This document shows positions 8,523 through 18,778 of a stretch of 64,000 nucleotides of DNA, in pieces. Position numbers and translations under genes: made by a program. The number at the start of each line of letters is the position of its first letter. Position 1 is the first letter of the stretch. Below the pieces are notes generated by a model. It searched no databases, was not told the DNA's origin, and saw only the letters and a list, made by a program, of their open reading frames with translations. Origin of the DNA: Giardia intestinalis (lineage: Eukaryota); NCBI GenBank assembly GCA_000002435.2, contig CM018793.1; one strand, written 5' to 3'.

Positions 8523-11500
8523 ATGCATGAATTTTGTCTCGAAGCTACCCATAAAGTTTTGAGATACACTTCCGATGAGGAGGAGGATCTTCTTCGGGGC
8601 GTGTTTGCCATCAGGAAAGTCGATGAGGTGCTAGTGATGCTGCGAATTTTGGATTTCAGACAGCTTCCTCAGACCAGACGAACTGTTATGACAGCTAGAG
8701 TCAAGGCCAATCTGCGCTACCCAAGTCGGTATCTTACACAGATATACTCTCTTCAGGAAGCTCCAGACAAATCCAGGATCCTGATAGAGCTGTATCTGTC
8801 TACAAACAAAACGTTTGAATGCTTGCTAGTTGAGGATGTAATTTCTGTTGAGAGGGCTGTGAGGTTGATTTCTGACTTAGTGCATGGTACAGTTGAACTT
8901 CTAGACTATTATTTACAACGCAACGTTACCGTTACCCAGGATCTTCTCTGTAATGCAATCTTATTGCCCAGTACATTGTTTATTTTGCATGATGATACCA
9001 TACTTTTCCCGAATCCATGCATAGCTACACTCGATGCCGACTTGGGGTTTTCTAATAGGTTGCTTGAGCAAGAGCAATGGAAAAGATATGCACCACCAGA
9101 AATACATTTTTTGCTGTTAGACCGTGGCACAGAGCTATCTATCGACACTCTGGAGAAAGTCCTTACATGGTCTGTTGGTATGTTAGTGTCGGACCTTTAT
9201 TCTCTCGTAGAGGGATCAGACGGTATAGCTGACGCAATGGTCGATACCGTGTTCCCTGACCGATGCGCTATGCATTGTGATGTTCTTTGTCTTGTTCGAA
9301 AGATACTCTGCGCTTGCCTAGTAGAAGATCCTGCATCGCGGGCTGACTGTCAGACGCTTGCGATGAGTCTGGAAGCTGTCCAAAATATCCCGCAAGTTGT
9401 CTCCATTATTAATGCTTCAGAGCATTCAGTAGTTTCTATGAATACTAGTCTGATTTCGGATGAAGACAACTTTCTCATTCTTCCCAATGAATACTTATGC
9501 GTAGAAAGGCCGAGAGAGGATCATTTAGTTACTGCTATCCATGGTACACCAGGTTTTCATGATATTTTTGATGCTGATGATTACGCTGGCAGCATTTCAA
9601 GTGATTATTGGCAACTGGAAGATGAAGTGGCAGTACGACGGCATTCAATATCTTGCTATAAAAACGCACCTAATGAATCTGACTATTTTAACGAAGTCGA
9701 TATAAACGATAAGCGGTCACGATCTAAGTCAGACGCTTGGTCTCACAACTTAGCCGATAGCGCATTCCGCCGGTACATAGAGGCTGCTACCGTAGGACGT
9801 ACCGATTTAGTAGCTATCTATATCGGTAGGTGCTCCAGACAACAAGATATAGACGGTGGTACTGCTCTAATGGCAGCCACGAAAGGGGGAAAACATGAAT
9901 GTGTCTCTCTATTGGCACAGTGTGAAGCTGGCTTGCAAGATGTTCACGGACTATCGGCGCTAATGTATGCCGTGCTTCGAAGTGATGCTACATCTGTCCA
10001 ACTTCTTTGTACGGCCGAGTGTGGTCTGGTGGATGACAGAGGGATGACAGCTCTTATGCATGCGGTCGAGCAAGATTGCTATCAAGTGATTCATCTGCTT
10101 ATAGAAGAAGTTGCTATGATAAACACTAATCATATGAGCGCCTATGATATTGCCGTGAAGCTGGGGCACAACAGATGCACCATGATATTAGAACCATATG
10201 CACTGCAGCTCAGAGTACACCGTGTTGCACGCGTTAATAGCTATGGATACACAGCTTTAATGTTTGCCGCTATACAAAATGACGTTGCAACAGTGTGTCA
10301 GCTTGCTTCAGAAGAAGGAGGAGTAGTGGCAGAGGATGGTAGCACAGCTCTTTATGCTGCTATTCTGCATAACAACTACCTTTGTATACCACCTCTTCTA
10401 CGGTATGAACGATCTATAACGACACCTGATGGATCCACGCCGCTAGAGTTAGCAGAGAAGCTTAACCGCTATGAGTGCGCCCGTCTCTTGCGGAGCCCGG
10501 TTGTAAAAGGGTATCTTCCGATTGATACTGAGTCCTGTTTGATGAAGGAGGCAAGACACGGAGATCCAGAGCTTTTAAGAGCTCACTTGAATGAGGTTCT
10601 TTTAATGTCTGCTAGAGGTGAAACTGCCCTTATGATAGCCGCAGGTGCGGGAAGCTACAGGTGCGTAAAGGACCTATTGCAGTATGAGCAAGGGATGGTA
10701 TCTCCAACTGGCTGGACTGCTCTGATGTACGCGTCCATGAATGGACATTTAGACTGCGTTAGCTTGCTATGCGCCACTGAGGCGAGAATTACTAATACTC
10801 TCGGTCAATTAGCATATGATATTGCAGTGGAAAAAGGCCACAAGGCGTGTGCACGGTTTCTTTCTAAATATGAAGAGCATTTAACTGTTGCGTATCGGGT
10901 TGACGAACTTTTAGCTTTAGACCGTATAGGCGATGCGGTGAGACTACTCAAGCAGCCATTTGTGCTATCTGCAGCTCTTGTCAAATGTATTTGGAGCGTA
11001 CACGGGGGAGAATTTATGGTATTGTGGGGGGCTCTTCGAGCAAACGTGGACCTGACTATACTGGCCAAATATATCACTTTAGAAATGAGTGTTGACCTCA
11101 ATGATCCAGAGCTAACCGACCTTGTATTGAAAAGGAAAGCAGAGTATCAATTGGTCAGTGCAGGACAGAACAACTTAGAAAGTTTATTACATAAAGCTCT
11201 CTGTTCACAGAAATTTCTTGTTATTCCAGTTATCTGTGAGCATGCAATGACTAAGCGTAAGCGCATCTTTGTACAAAAGAGGGTTGGAAAAGCAGTCACC
11301 AGGAAAACAAGACTAATGATAGCAGCAGAGATTGGGGACCTTTCTGAAGTAGAGCAGAATCTTCAATACTTGTGTTTTCAATGTAAGGGTCTTTGCACTT
11401 TCCAAAGGAAGGAAGAGCGTCATTCTTTAGAGACTCATAATAAGACAGTCAGTAGCGTTACGGCTTTAATGCTTGCTGCTGCAAATGGACACAGGAACTG

Positions 11501-11723
11501 TGTTCCTGCTCTCCTTCCCGAACTAGGGCTACGGGACCAGGCATCTGGCACAACAGCTCTGATCCTTGCCCTTTGGTACGAAGATACTACTATTGTCCGC
11601 CTACTTCTTCCTGAGGCCAATATTGCTGATAACAGTGGTATGACTCCTTTAATGCATGCTTCTAAGAAAGATAACAAAAAATGTGCGCAATTACTTAAAT
11701 CATATTTGAAAGCAAAAGGATAA
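8523..11723 (+). CDS. ankyrin-repeat protein with an N-terminal degenerate NEK-like (pseudo)kinase region (Giardia 21.1/NEK family type)
   Basis: The N-terminal ~230 aa carry relic kinase motifs (LHDDTILFPNP, LDADLGFS, YAPPE) but lack a Gly loop and the VAIK Lys. At least 12 ankyrin repeats follow (G.TALM.A...GH...V.LL). Confidence 0.7.
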   Translation: MHEFCLEATHKVLRYTSDEEEDLLRGVFAIRKVDEVLVMLRILDFRQLPQTRRTVMTARVKANLRYPSRYLTQIYSLQEAPDKSRILIELYLSTNKTFECLLVEDVISVERAVRLISDLVHGTVELLDYYLQRNVTVTQDLLCNAILLPSTLFILHDDTILFPNPCIATLDADLGFSNRLLEQEQWKRYAPPEIHFLLLDRGTELSIDTLEKVLTWSVGMLVSDLYSLVEGSDGIADAMVDTVFPDRCAMHCDVLCLVRKILCACLVEDPASRADCQTLAMSLEAVQNIPQVVSIINASEHSVVSMNTSLISDEDNFLILPNEYLCVERPREDHLVTAIHGTPGFHDIFDADDYAGSISSDYWQLEDEVAVRRHSISCYKNAPNESDYFNEVDINDKRSRSKSDAWSHNLADSAFRRYIEAATVGRTDLVAIYIGRCSRQQDIDGGTALMAATKGGKHECVSLLAQCEAGLQDVHGLSALMYAVLRSDATSVQLLCTAECGLVDDRGMTALMHAVEQDCYQVIHLLIEEVAMINTNHMSAYDIAVKLGHNRCTMILEPYALQLRVHRVARVNSYGYTALMFAAIQNDVATVCQLASEEGGVVAEDGSTALYAAILHNNYLCIPPLLRYERSITTPDGSTPLELAEKLNRYECARLLRSPVVKGYLPIDTESCLMKEARHGDPELLRAHLNEVLLMSARGETALMIAAGAGSYRCVKDLLQYEQGMVSPTGWTALMYASMNGHLDCVSLLCATEARITNTLGQLAYDIAVEKGHKACARFLSKYEEHLTVAYRVDELLALDRIGDAVRLLKQPFVLSAALVKCIWSVHGGEFMVLWGALRANVDLTILAKYITLEMSVDLNDPELTDLVLKRKAEYQLVSAGQNNLESLLHKALCSQKFLVIPVICEHAMTKRKRIFVQKRVGKAVTRKTRLMIAAEIGDLSEVEQNLQYLCFQCKGLCTFQRKEERHSLETHNKTVSSVTALMLAAANGHRNCVPALLPELGLRDQASGTTALILALWYEDTTIVRLLLPEANIADNSGMTPLMHASKKDNKKCAQLLKSYLKAKG

Positions 11724-12379
11724 TACTGTAAGAGATTGTGTCTAAATTTATTGTATAATAACTCTATGAATACTTTATAATTGTTCTACTCAATATTAAT
11801 ATAAAAATGCATATTCTTGATGATCTGTGAAGGTATGGTAAGAAGCTGGTAGTTCTTACGTTTTACCAAAAAGCATCTTCAGTAAACCTAACTTATCCAT
11901 ATGCACGAATTCGAAGACTGCAAGTTGCGGCCTCAGCAGAACCCCCAGTCTTTTACAGAAGAGCTATAGACTGTCTGCAACCTCTTGGGATAATTTGTCT
12001 ATTTGCGCACTTCAGTACCCCATCCACGACGATGACCAGTAGACAGCAGCGACTCCTGCCTCGGACATAGCGCTAGATGCCGCCCAGCTCAGAACTCGTC
12101 AGCTAACATGTTCTACCCGAACGGAGGAGGCGCTTGGACAGCTGAGTGCAGAGGGAGCTATCTGCTAAGGTTATCCAATGGTTGTATCACCACGCACTCT
12201 TCCTTCATCGCTTCCATTTCTAAGACTCGCAGGAGAAGTCACAGACCCTATAGCAGCAGGGTAACGCTTGTTCAGACGATGCGCTCACCCCGCCCCTGAG
12301 CGTACTGGATGAATCGGTGCTGATCTTCTTGTCTCTAGTAGTTGACCCTGATCACTACAGCAGGTGTGGGCCTTGTATG

Positions 12380-12555
12380 GTGGTGGACCTTAGTAGTAGT
12401 TTACTCCACCCACCGGTTGCTTCCAGTGGTGTGCTGCTGGAGCCCTCGCCTGCGGGCGCTGTCCGCAAATCTCGCGAGTAAATTCCCGCTCAATTTTTGG
12501 CGATGTCCGGAGACGAGGGTTGGCTATGGAATATGATAATGACCACAGTAGTGGA
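12380..12555 (-). repeat. inverted copy of a retroelement 3'-end module (115-bp near-identical core ending in AGTAAAC)
   Basis: The reverse complement of 12397-12515 matches 15421-15549 with 1 mismatch over ~115 bp (ccaaccctcgtctccggacatcgccaaaaattgagcgggaatttactcgcgagatttgcggacagcgcccgcaggcgagggcYccagcagcacaccactggaagcaaccggtgggtggagtaaac). The flanks are ~70% similar for another ~60 bp. Confidence 0.75.
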
Positions 12556-12559
12556 AGGG

Positions 12560-15500
12560 AGGAGCTATTGCGTTCCTCGGTTGTTCCGCGGGCGTGCACA
12601 CAGCTGTACCTGAGGCGAAGGAGAGCCCGCGAGGACCCGATCCGCATTCTGAATGCAAGATCGTACCTCCGGGCCCCAGAGAGCAAGCCATGAGTTCCTG
12701 CTCGGGGGACCACTCCGAAGACATTTACTCTCTCAGCAGGACACACACGCTGGCTCTGTGGCCTGCCGTGCGAGAGCGCCAAGCAACTAACCGAGCACCT
12801 GAGAGAAGCAAATGATGACAGACACAGAGTACTAGGCGACGACAAACTGATCATTCCGTCTCACATACCGAACCAGACAGCTGCCATGCTCATCCACCAG
12901 GGGGCACGCATGATCGCGAGCATCGAACAGGCCGGGACTGGGGTAGCGCTCCCCGCTATCAGGGGCCTAGACGCCCTGGTGGGAAGCCCCAGAGGACTCA
13001 AGCAACACAGTAGAGCAGGCCCAGAGTAAGGCAGACCCAGACCCCGAGAAGGCGAGGCGCCGGATAGCAAACAGGGTGAGTAACGCGCTGAGCTTCGGAG
13101 CAGTTGCTAAGGCTCTCCGTGCCCTTGATGACACACCCATGGTAGACATCAAGCCGGAGAAAGCCAAGGCCGCCCTCAGCGCGCTACACCCGTGCGTCCT
13201 CCCGAAGGCTACGTTGGCCTTGACTACCCTCCATCGATGAACTCGACGGGGCTGGAGCCGGCAACCGAAGAAGAAATGAGGAAGGCCCTGTTGGGACTCT
13301 CAACAAGAAGGCCTCGGGCGTGTCTGGCCTCGGGCCGGTCCATCTCAAGGCGATGAAGCAGAACGACGACTGTGAAATGCCTCACGCAGGCGTACAACGA
13401 GCTGACCACCCACCCCGAGGCGATGTCCGACGTGATGGCCATGTTCGAGTTCCGGGCGATCCTCATCCCGAAGGAGTCCGACGGATACCCCGATCGCGAT
13501 AGGCGGACGGTCACGAACATCTTCCACCGCGTCCTGCTGAAGGGCTGATCAGGCATGCCAGCTACCTCTCATGCGAGCAGATCGCCCTCAAGCAGAACGC
13601 ATACGCGGTAGGCGTGAGGAGGGCCCACGAGCTCATCAGCAGGCCGGGGATGCACCCCGTCTCCCTCGACACAAAGAACGCCTTCAACTCCCTCCCAAGG
13701 GCGGAGGTCGTCAGAGCCCTGAACGAGGCGGGCGTCCCGAAGGTCCTGGTCGACTACATTAGGAACTTCCTCGAGCCGAGGCACAGCCGGGACGTGAAGT
13801 GCGAGGTCTGCGGCGTCCCCAGGGCGGCCCGCTCAGCACGCTCCTCTTCTGCATGGCCACCGAGCGCCTCCTGAGACGCCTCAAGGAGAGAGGCATCACC
13901 TTCCTTGCCTATGCAGACGACATCGTGGCGTTCCACGACGAGGGGTACCCGGCAGGCACGATAACACAGCAGGCCACGGTGGAGGCCGCCGCCATGGACC
14001 TGACGATCAGGAGCGACAAATGCAAGTCTACCATGGCGGGCGAGGAGGTGACCTTCCTCAACCACCCGGCGTCCCCTACTCCTGCAAGCTCCAAAGGCCA
14101 TCGCAGGTGCCGAGACTGCCCTGAGGAAGATCGAGAGAGCACCCATAACCATCCACCAGAAGCTCATCCTGCTGTCACTGTGTGGTCCCGATGGTGAACT
14201 ACGCCCCCCTGGTCGAGATAACATCGAACAAGGTGAACTACGAGGAGCTCGACAGACATCGCACAAGGCTTCAGCAAAATAACTAACAGAAGCTGCGATC
14301 GCCTGGTCGACTTCCTGGCGTACCCGAAGGAGAAGGGCGGCCCGGGCCTGCTCATGCCGGGGCTCTACCACGACGAGCTGCGGAGGGCATGGGCCTCCCT
14401 GGACGTCAACAAGGGGGCCAGAGACCCGGTGGAGCTGTCGGTGGACGGCCAGGCACTGCAAGGAAAGGGACCTACTCCAACCGCCTCCTCAGCCACACAC
14501 CAGCTTCCGGACAGAGCGGCGGCGTGCTGACCGAGGAGGAAAGGGCCCTGAAGGAGAAGGGCGATTCGATCATGGCGCAGACAAGAGGCACCTGCCCGGG
14601 CTGCCACACGGCAGACCCTCGACCACGACATGAACTGCCCGAAGACGGCGTGGACCAGGACCACGAGGCACGACACGATCGTCACGTGCCTGTACCTCCG
14701 CGTCTCAGGGAAGTTCAACGCAGAGCTGGAGGTCAAGACCCACAGCCACCTCAGCGACCAGAACCAGAAGCCCGACATCTGGCTCGTCGACAAGTGGAAG
14801 GCGATAGATGTGGGCGTCATCCAGCCCCGCCAGATGGATGCCTACTACAACGAGAAGGTCAAGAAGTACAGGGACGGGACGCTCCCGATCATCTACGGGA
14901 CAGACGGATCCCTCCACCCCAGTCCAAGGGGCACCTCGAGGAGCTCCACGTGGACCTCTGTCCGGGCTGCCTTCGCCATCGCCCACATGGCTGCAGAGGC
15001 GAACGAGCACCCGACGAAGCTGATCAGACGGGCCGGGCCGAAAGCCTGGCCACCCAGAGCGACCGTCTCCTGTCATCCTACTTCTGACAACCGAATGAGT
15101 CCATCCCCGGGACCTGTCGACAACGACCGAGAAGGGGCGCAAGACTGGACACACAACCGAGTTGAATCCCAACCAGAAGAGAAAGCCCCGCTAGCTGCTG
15201 CTGATATACATGGACAGTATTGAGAATGACAACAAAGACCAGAGCTTCACTCACCGTGAGGGGAGAACAAAGAGAGGTGCCCTAGTAGACCAGTGAGTCC
15301 ATGAGATGGCTTGATCTCCAAAAGGACCTATGTGCACATCCAGTCTAAGTGTACTCCTGTAGAATAGCCGAGGAACGCAATAGCTTCTCCCTACAACCGA
15401 TGTGATTATCGTTACGGTCCGTGACCAACCCTCGTCTCCGGACATCGCCAAAAATTGAGCGGGAATTTACTCGCGAGATTTGCGGACAGCGCCCGCAGGC

Positions 15501-15560
15501 GAGGGCCCCAGCAGCACACCACTGGAAGCAACCGGTGGGTGGAGTAAACCACCTTTGTGA
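12560..15560 (+). mobile_element. degenerate (frameshifted) R2-clade / GilM-GilT-GilD-like non-LTR retrotransposon: zinc finger, RT, CCHC + REL-endonuclease, 3'UTR
   Basis: Zinc-finger-like CGLPCESAKQLTEHLREANDDRH (~12762-12830). RT motifs VSLDTKNAFNSLPR (13659-13700), QGGPLSTLLFCMA and AYADDIV (13908-13922) sit in different frames. CPGC (14593-14604) and QTLDHDMNCPKTAWTRTTRHD (to ~14660) are split by a 1-nt frame change. Then KPDIWLVDKWKAIDVGV...EKVKKY (14768-14880) is the PD-(D/E)xK REL-endonuclease. The 3' module ends in AGTAAAC (15543-15549). GC-rich, with no continuous ORF. Confidence 0.7.
15368..15560 (+). repeat. direct-orientation copy of the retroelement 3'-end module (partner of 12380-12555)
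   Basis: See the inverted copy. Ends ggAGTAAACcacc, 14 nt before the AT-rich initiator of the ankyrin gene at 15574. Confidence 0.75.
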
Positions 15561-15573
15561 CCATGGAATAAAA

Positions 15574-16245
15574 ATGTCGTCTGTGGATGATTCAGATCAA
15601 CTCCTTCAGAAGCACGACTGCGCCCCGCCCCTTATGCCCGAGAAGGACACGAGCGAAGAGGGCGCAGGAAACCCAACTGAGCCTTCAGAAATGGATGATG
15701 AAGGCAGCGTGGACGAGAACGGCGTCACCACACTTATGAAGGCAGCCAGCAGAAACGACGTGGACGCGGTGAAGCGCTACATCCCTTATCAGGCAAGGAT
15801 GGTGGCGAGGTTTGTCAAGGCAGGGAGAGTAGAGATACGCGAAGGAACGGCACTGATGATCGCCGCGGTGCTTGGACACGTTGAGGCGGTGAAGCTGCTG
15901 ATGAAGCACGAGCGTTGCATGAGGAGCAGCAATGAGTACACGGCCCTCATGTGGGCGGCAGCAAATGGTCGCGCTGAGGTCGTGAGGCTACTCATGGAGG
16001 TTGAGGGTGGCATGCAGCAGGGCAAGGGCTGGACTGCTCTCGTCAGTGCAGCATACTTTGGTCGTCTGGACTGTGTCAAGTTACTGCTGGAGAAGGAGAG
16101 GGACATAGGCGGCTGGCCTGCTCTTTGCGTAGCTGATATGGAGGGTCATTCCGAGGTGGTGTCTCTTCTCGAGAGTGAGGGTATTGGACTGGAGGAGCCC
16201 TGTCTACGGATGTCGCCCAGAAAGGCCGTGAGTGAACGCGCCTAA
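15574..16245 (+). CDS. small ankyrin-repeat protein (224 aa)
   Basis: Start trimmed to ggaataaaaATGtcg (MSSVDDSDQ). The listed ORF start at 15421 runs through the retroelement repeat. It has 4-5 ankyrin repeats (TTLMKAASRNDVDAVK, TALMIAAVLGHVEAVKLL, TALMWAAANGRAEVVRLL, TALVSAAYFGRLDCVKLLL). GC-rich codon usage. Confidence 0.7.
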   Translation: MSSVDDSDQLLQKHDCAPPLMPEKDTSEEGAGNPTEPSEMDDEGSVDENGVTTLMKAASRNDVDAVKRYIPYQARMVARFVKAGRVEIREGTALMIAAVLGHVEAVKLLMKHERCMRSSNEYTALMWAAANGRAEVVRLLMEVEGGMQQGKGWTALVSAAYFGRLDCVKLLLEKERDIGGWPALCVADMEGHSEVVSLLESEGIGLEEPCLRMSPRKAVSERA

Positions 16246-16551
16246 CTGTTGGTTGCATCCGGCGGTGGATAGAATCTCCCTCCAGCTGTGCAGCAAACAG
16301 ACACCTCAATGAAGTGGTGGCTGTCAGTGAGGCACACAGCTGCCCGTTTCCGCAGAGGTCAGGGGGAGCAGGCCTTCTCACCCCCGGCCAGCACTGGAGC
16401 GCCAGTGGGTGAAACGGTCGCACGGGTGGCCTTCTTGCCCTTGATGCAGAAGCCCTCCGCAAGCATTGGACCACTACAGATATGTAGACACAAACCCCTG
16501 TGGAAACGGATCGTTTCCAAAACTGTAGATTACCAAAATAATAAAACCAGG

Positions 16552-18617
16552 ATGGACACTGCCTCGTCTGGGTCTGCAACGGTGGCTTTCAGTGCCCCGC
16601 AGTTCACCCCTAGGGAGCTCCACGAGCGGCTGGATGATGTGCTGGCCAAAGACCCCACAAGCACAATCTACTCTCTCGAAGCTATCTGGAGCTCGCTGTA
16701 AAGGTCATTCTACTAGATGGCCTGGACAAGAACAGCGCAGACGCCATCAGACTCGAGCTGGCCGCCCTCCCCGATCTCTCCCACCCAGGAGTCCTCAAGC
16801 ACCATCAAGTGGTCGAGGACGGGGGCTTCATCTACGTCGTTATGGACCGTCACGACAAGACCCTCGAGCGCCTCCTCGCTAAACACAAACGATGGAAGAA
16901 CCCTGTGCCCACCAAAGTGATCTTCTCTGCCATGAAGCAAATCGCCGCCGCCCTCGCCTACCTCCACGACCTCAGTGGGGCAAATACTAGGGGGCTTGTC
17001 CACTGCGACCTCAGGCCTGCCAACGTCCTCATCAGCGAAGACGGGGAGCGCTTCATCATCGCTGGCCTCGGCCTCTGCAGGAACGCCCTGAGATGCGGGA
17101 GCACCATTGCAGGCACGGCAGTATACATGGCCCCCGAGGTGCTCCTCCACAACGAGCCCAGCCCCGCCTCTGACGTGTGGAGCCTCGGGGTCATCCTCTA
17201 CGAGATGGCCACTCTGAGGAGACCGGACTTCCTAGAAGGTAAAGACCCAAAAGACGTCTTCGTCGACAGGTGGAGGCCGGACCTGAGCGGTGTCACTGAT
17301 GGCTTCATGCAGAGTGTTCTGGAGAGGATCTTTGTACTGGATCCTGGGAGGAGGCCGACGGCCAGGGAGCTGCACGAAACGTTCGCTACATTCGACATCC
17401 CAGTTGGTGAGCTGGGGGGTCAGTGCGTGATGCTGAAGTACGAATGCAGCTCCTTGAAGATTGCTTTGAATAATGCTAATGCTAGGATTGCTACTCTTGA
17501 GGCAGCCTTCAAGAGGAGATCAAGTGAGGCCGACGCCCTGGGACAGGAGCCCCGACTTAAGACCTCTGAGATTGACGCGCTTGAAGGCCGGATAAAAGCA
17601 CTGGAGGATAAGCTTGCACAATCCAGTAGTGGGATGAACACGAGTAGCCCCCAGAGCAACCTCTCCGCGCTGCCTCAACTGATATACGCTGCACACACGA
17701 ATGACATGGAGACTGTCCGGGTGCTACTTGAAGAGGGGGTCACCGGCCAGCGCGACGAGCGGGAGATGACGGCCCTCATGCACGCGGCCCAGCAGGGGCA
17801 CATTGGTCCCGTCAAGCTGCTTGTTAAAAAGCAAAAGGGTCTCAAAGATAAAAACGGCTGGACCGCGCTCATGCACGCTGCACATGAGAACCACCCTGAG
17901 GTAATTGAAATTCTCGTCCCTCATGAGCATGGGAAGAGGAACAAGAACGGCCGCACTGCTCTCATGATTGCCGCAGAGAATGACAGCGCAGAAGCTGCTT
18001 CTGTTCTGGCTCCGTACGAGGAGGACATGATCGACAGACAAGGCAACACGGCCCTGATCCTTGCGGCAGAGGCAGGACACGAAGCTGTGGTGGAGGCTCT
18101 CGACCCAACCGATGATAGGGGCGTCACAGCGCTCATGCGGGCCGCGAAACTAAACGACACATTAGCAGTAAGCGTACTTATACCCATCCAGAAGAAGCGA
18201 GCTGTATATGCTGGGACGGCGCTAATACAAGCAGCAATATGCGGCCGCGTAGAAGCAGTACGACTGCTGATGCCATATGAGAGCAGGGCACGGGATGGTT
18301 GTGGTGCGACCGCCCTCATGAAGGCGGCCTCTGAGAATCATGCAGAAGTAGTACAGCTGTTGATGGAGCGCGAAGGCTGCATGCTGGATGTCCGTGCCTT
18401 GCCCGCTATCGCGCACGCAGCGTATGGCGGCCACTTAGAGATAGTGAAGCTGCTATTTGAAAAGGAGGGGCATCTAATAGACAAGTCTGACGAATCCCTC
18501 TTTGGTAAGCTTGAGGCTAAGGGCTACTCTGAGATAGCATCCTTCCTTAGGGACAGCCGTATACCGGGCGCCGACGACTGCAACGATCACCAAGCTGCTT
18601 CACGATCTCACGAGTAA
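16552..18617 (+). CDS. NEK-like kinase-domain protein with C-terminal ankyrin repeats; predicted pseudokinase, with an apparent frame break near 16640-16700
   Basis: Initiator aaataataaaaccaggATGgac. Frame 1 reads MDTASS...PRELHERLDDVLAKDPTSTIYSLEAIWSSL* (stop at 16701). Frame 3 continues ...LAVKVILLDGL...LELAALPDLSHPGVLKHH...FIYVVMDRHDKTLERLL...HCDLRPANVL...IIAGLGLC...YMAPEV...DVWSLGVILYEM. That gives beta3 Lys, alphaC Glu, an HCD loop and G-L-G in place of DFG. A coiled coil and >=7 ankyrin repeats follow. The intact listed ORF is 16809..18617. Confidence 0.6.
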
Positions 18618-18619
18618 AC
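18613..18619 (+). terminator. polyadenylation signal AGTAAAC overlapping the stop
   Basis: cacgAGTAAACcc; TAA at 18615-18617. Confidence 0.6.
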
Positions 18620-18778
18620 CCGTCGTTCCCTTCACGAGAAGCAGAAGGCCCTGGAGAACAGGCCATACGGACCAGCGCCCCATGCTTCTGGCCGTGCCAA
18701 AATACCATGAAACAGCGTCTCCAAGTTTTCTATCAATATGTCTTATGAAGAGCCGCGATCGCAATTGGGAGGCAAAGA

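Noticed and set aside
11724-12379. Possible extra gene or ncRNA in the 650-bp spacer before the retroelement
   Set aside because: Only a 63-aa ORF is present and no tRNA-like or snRNA-like features were recognised by eye. It is left unannotated rather than guessed.
13224-15223. Many 60-235-aa ORFs on both strands in the retroelement region (e.g. 13754..14461 minus, 235 aa)
   Set aside because: A GC-rich degenerate element. The only ORFs with recognisable content are the RT and endonuclease fragments on the plus strand; the rest are compositional artefacts.
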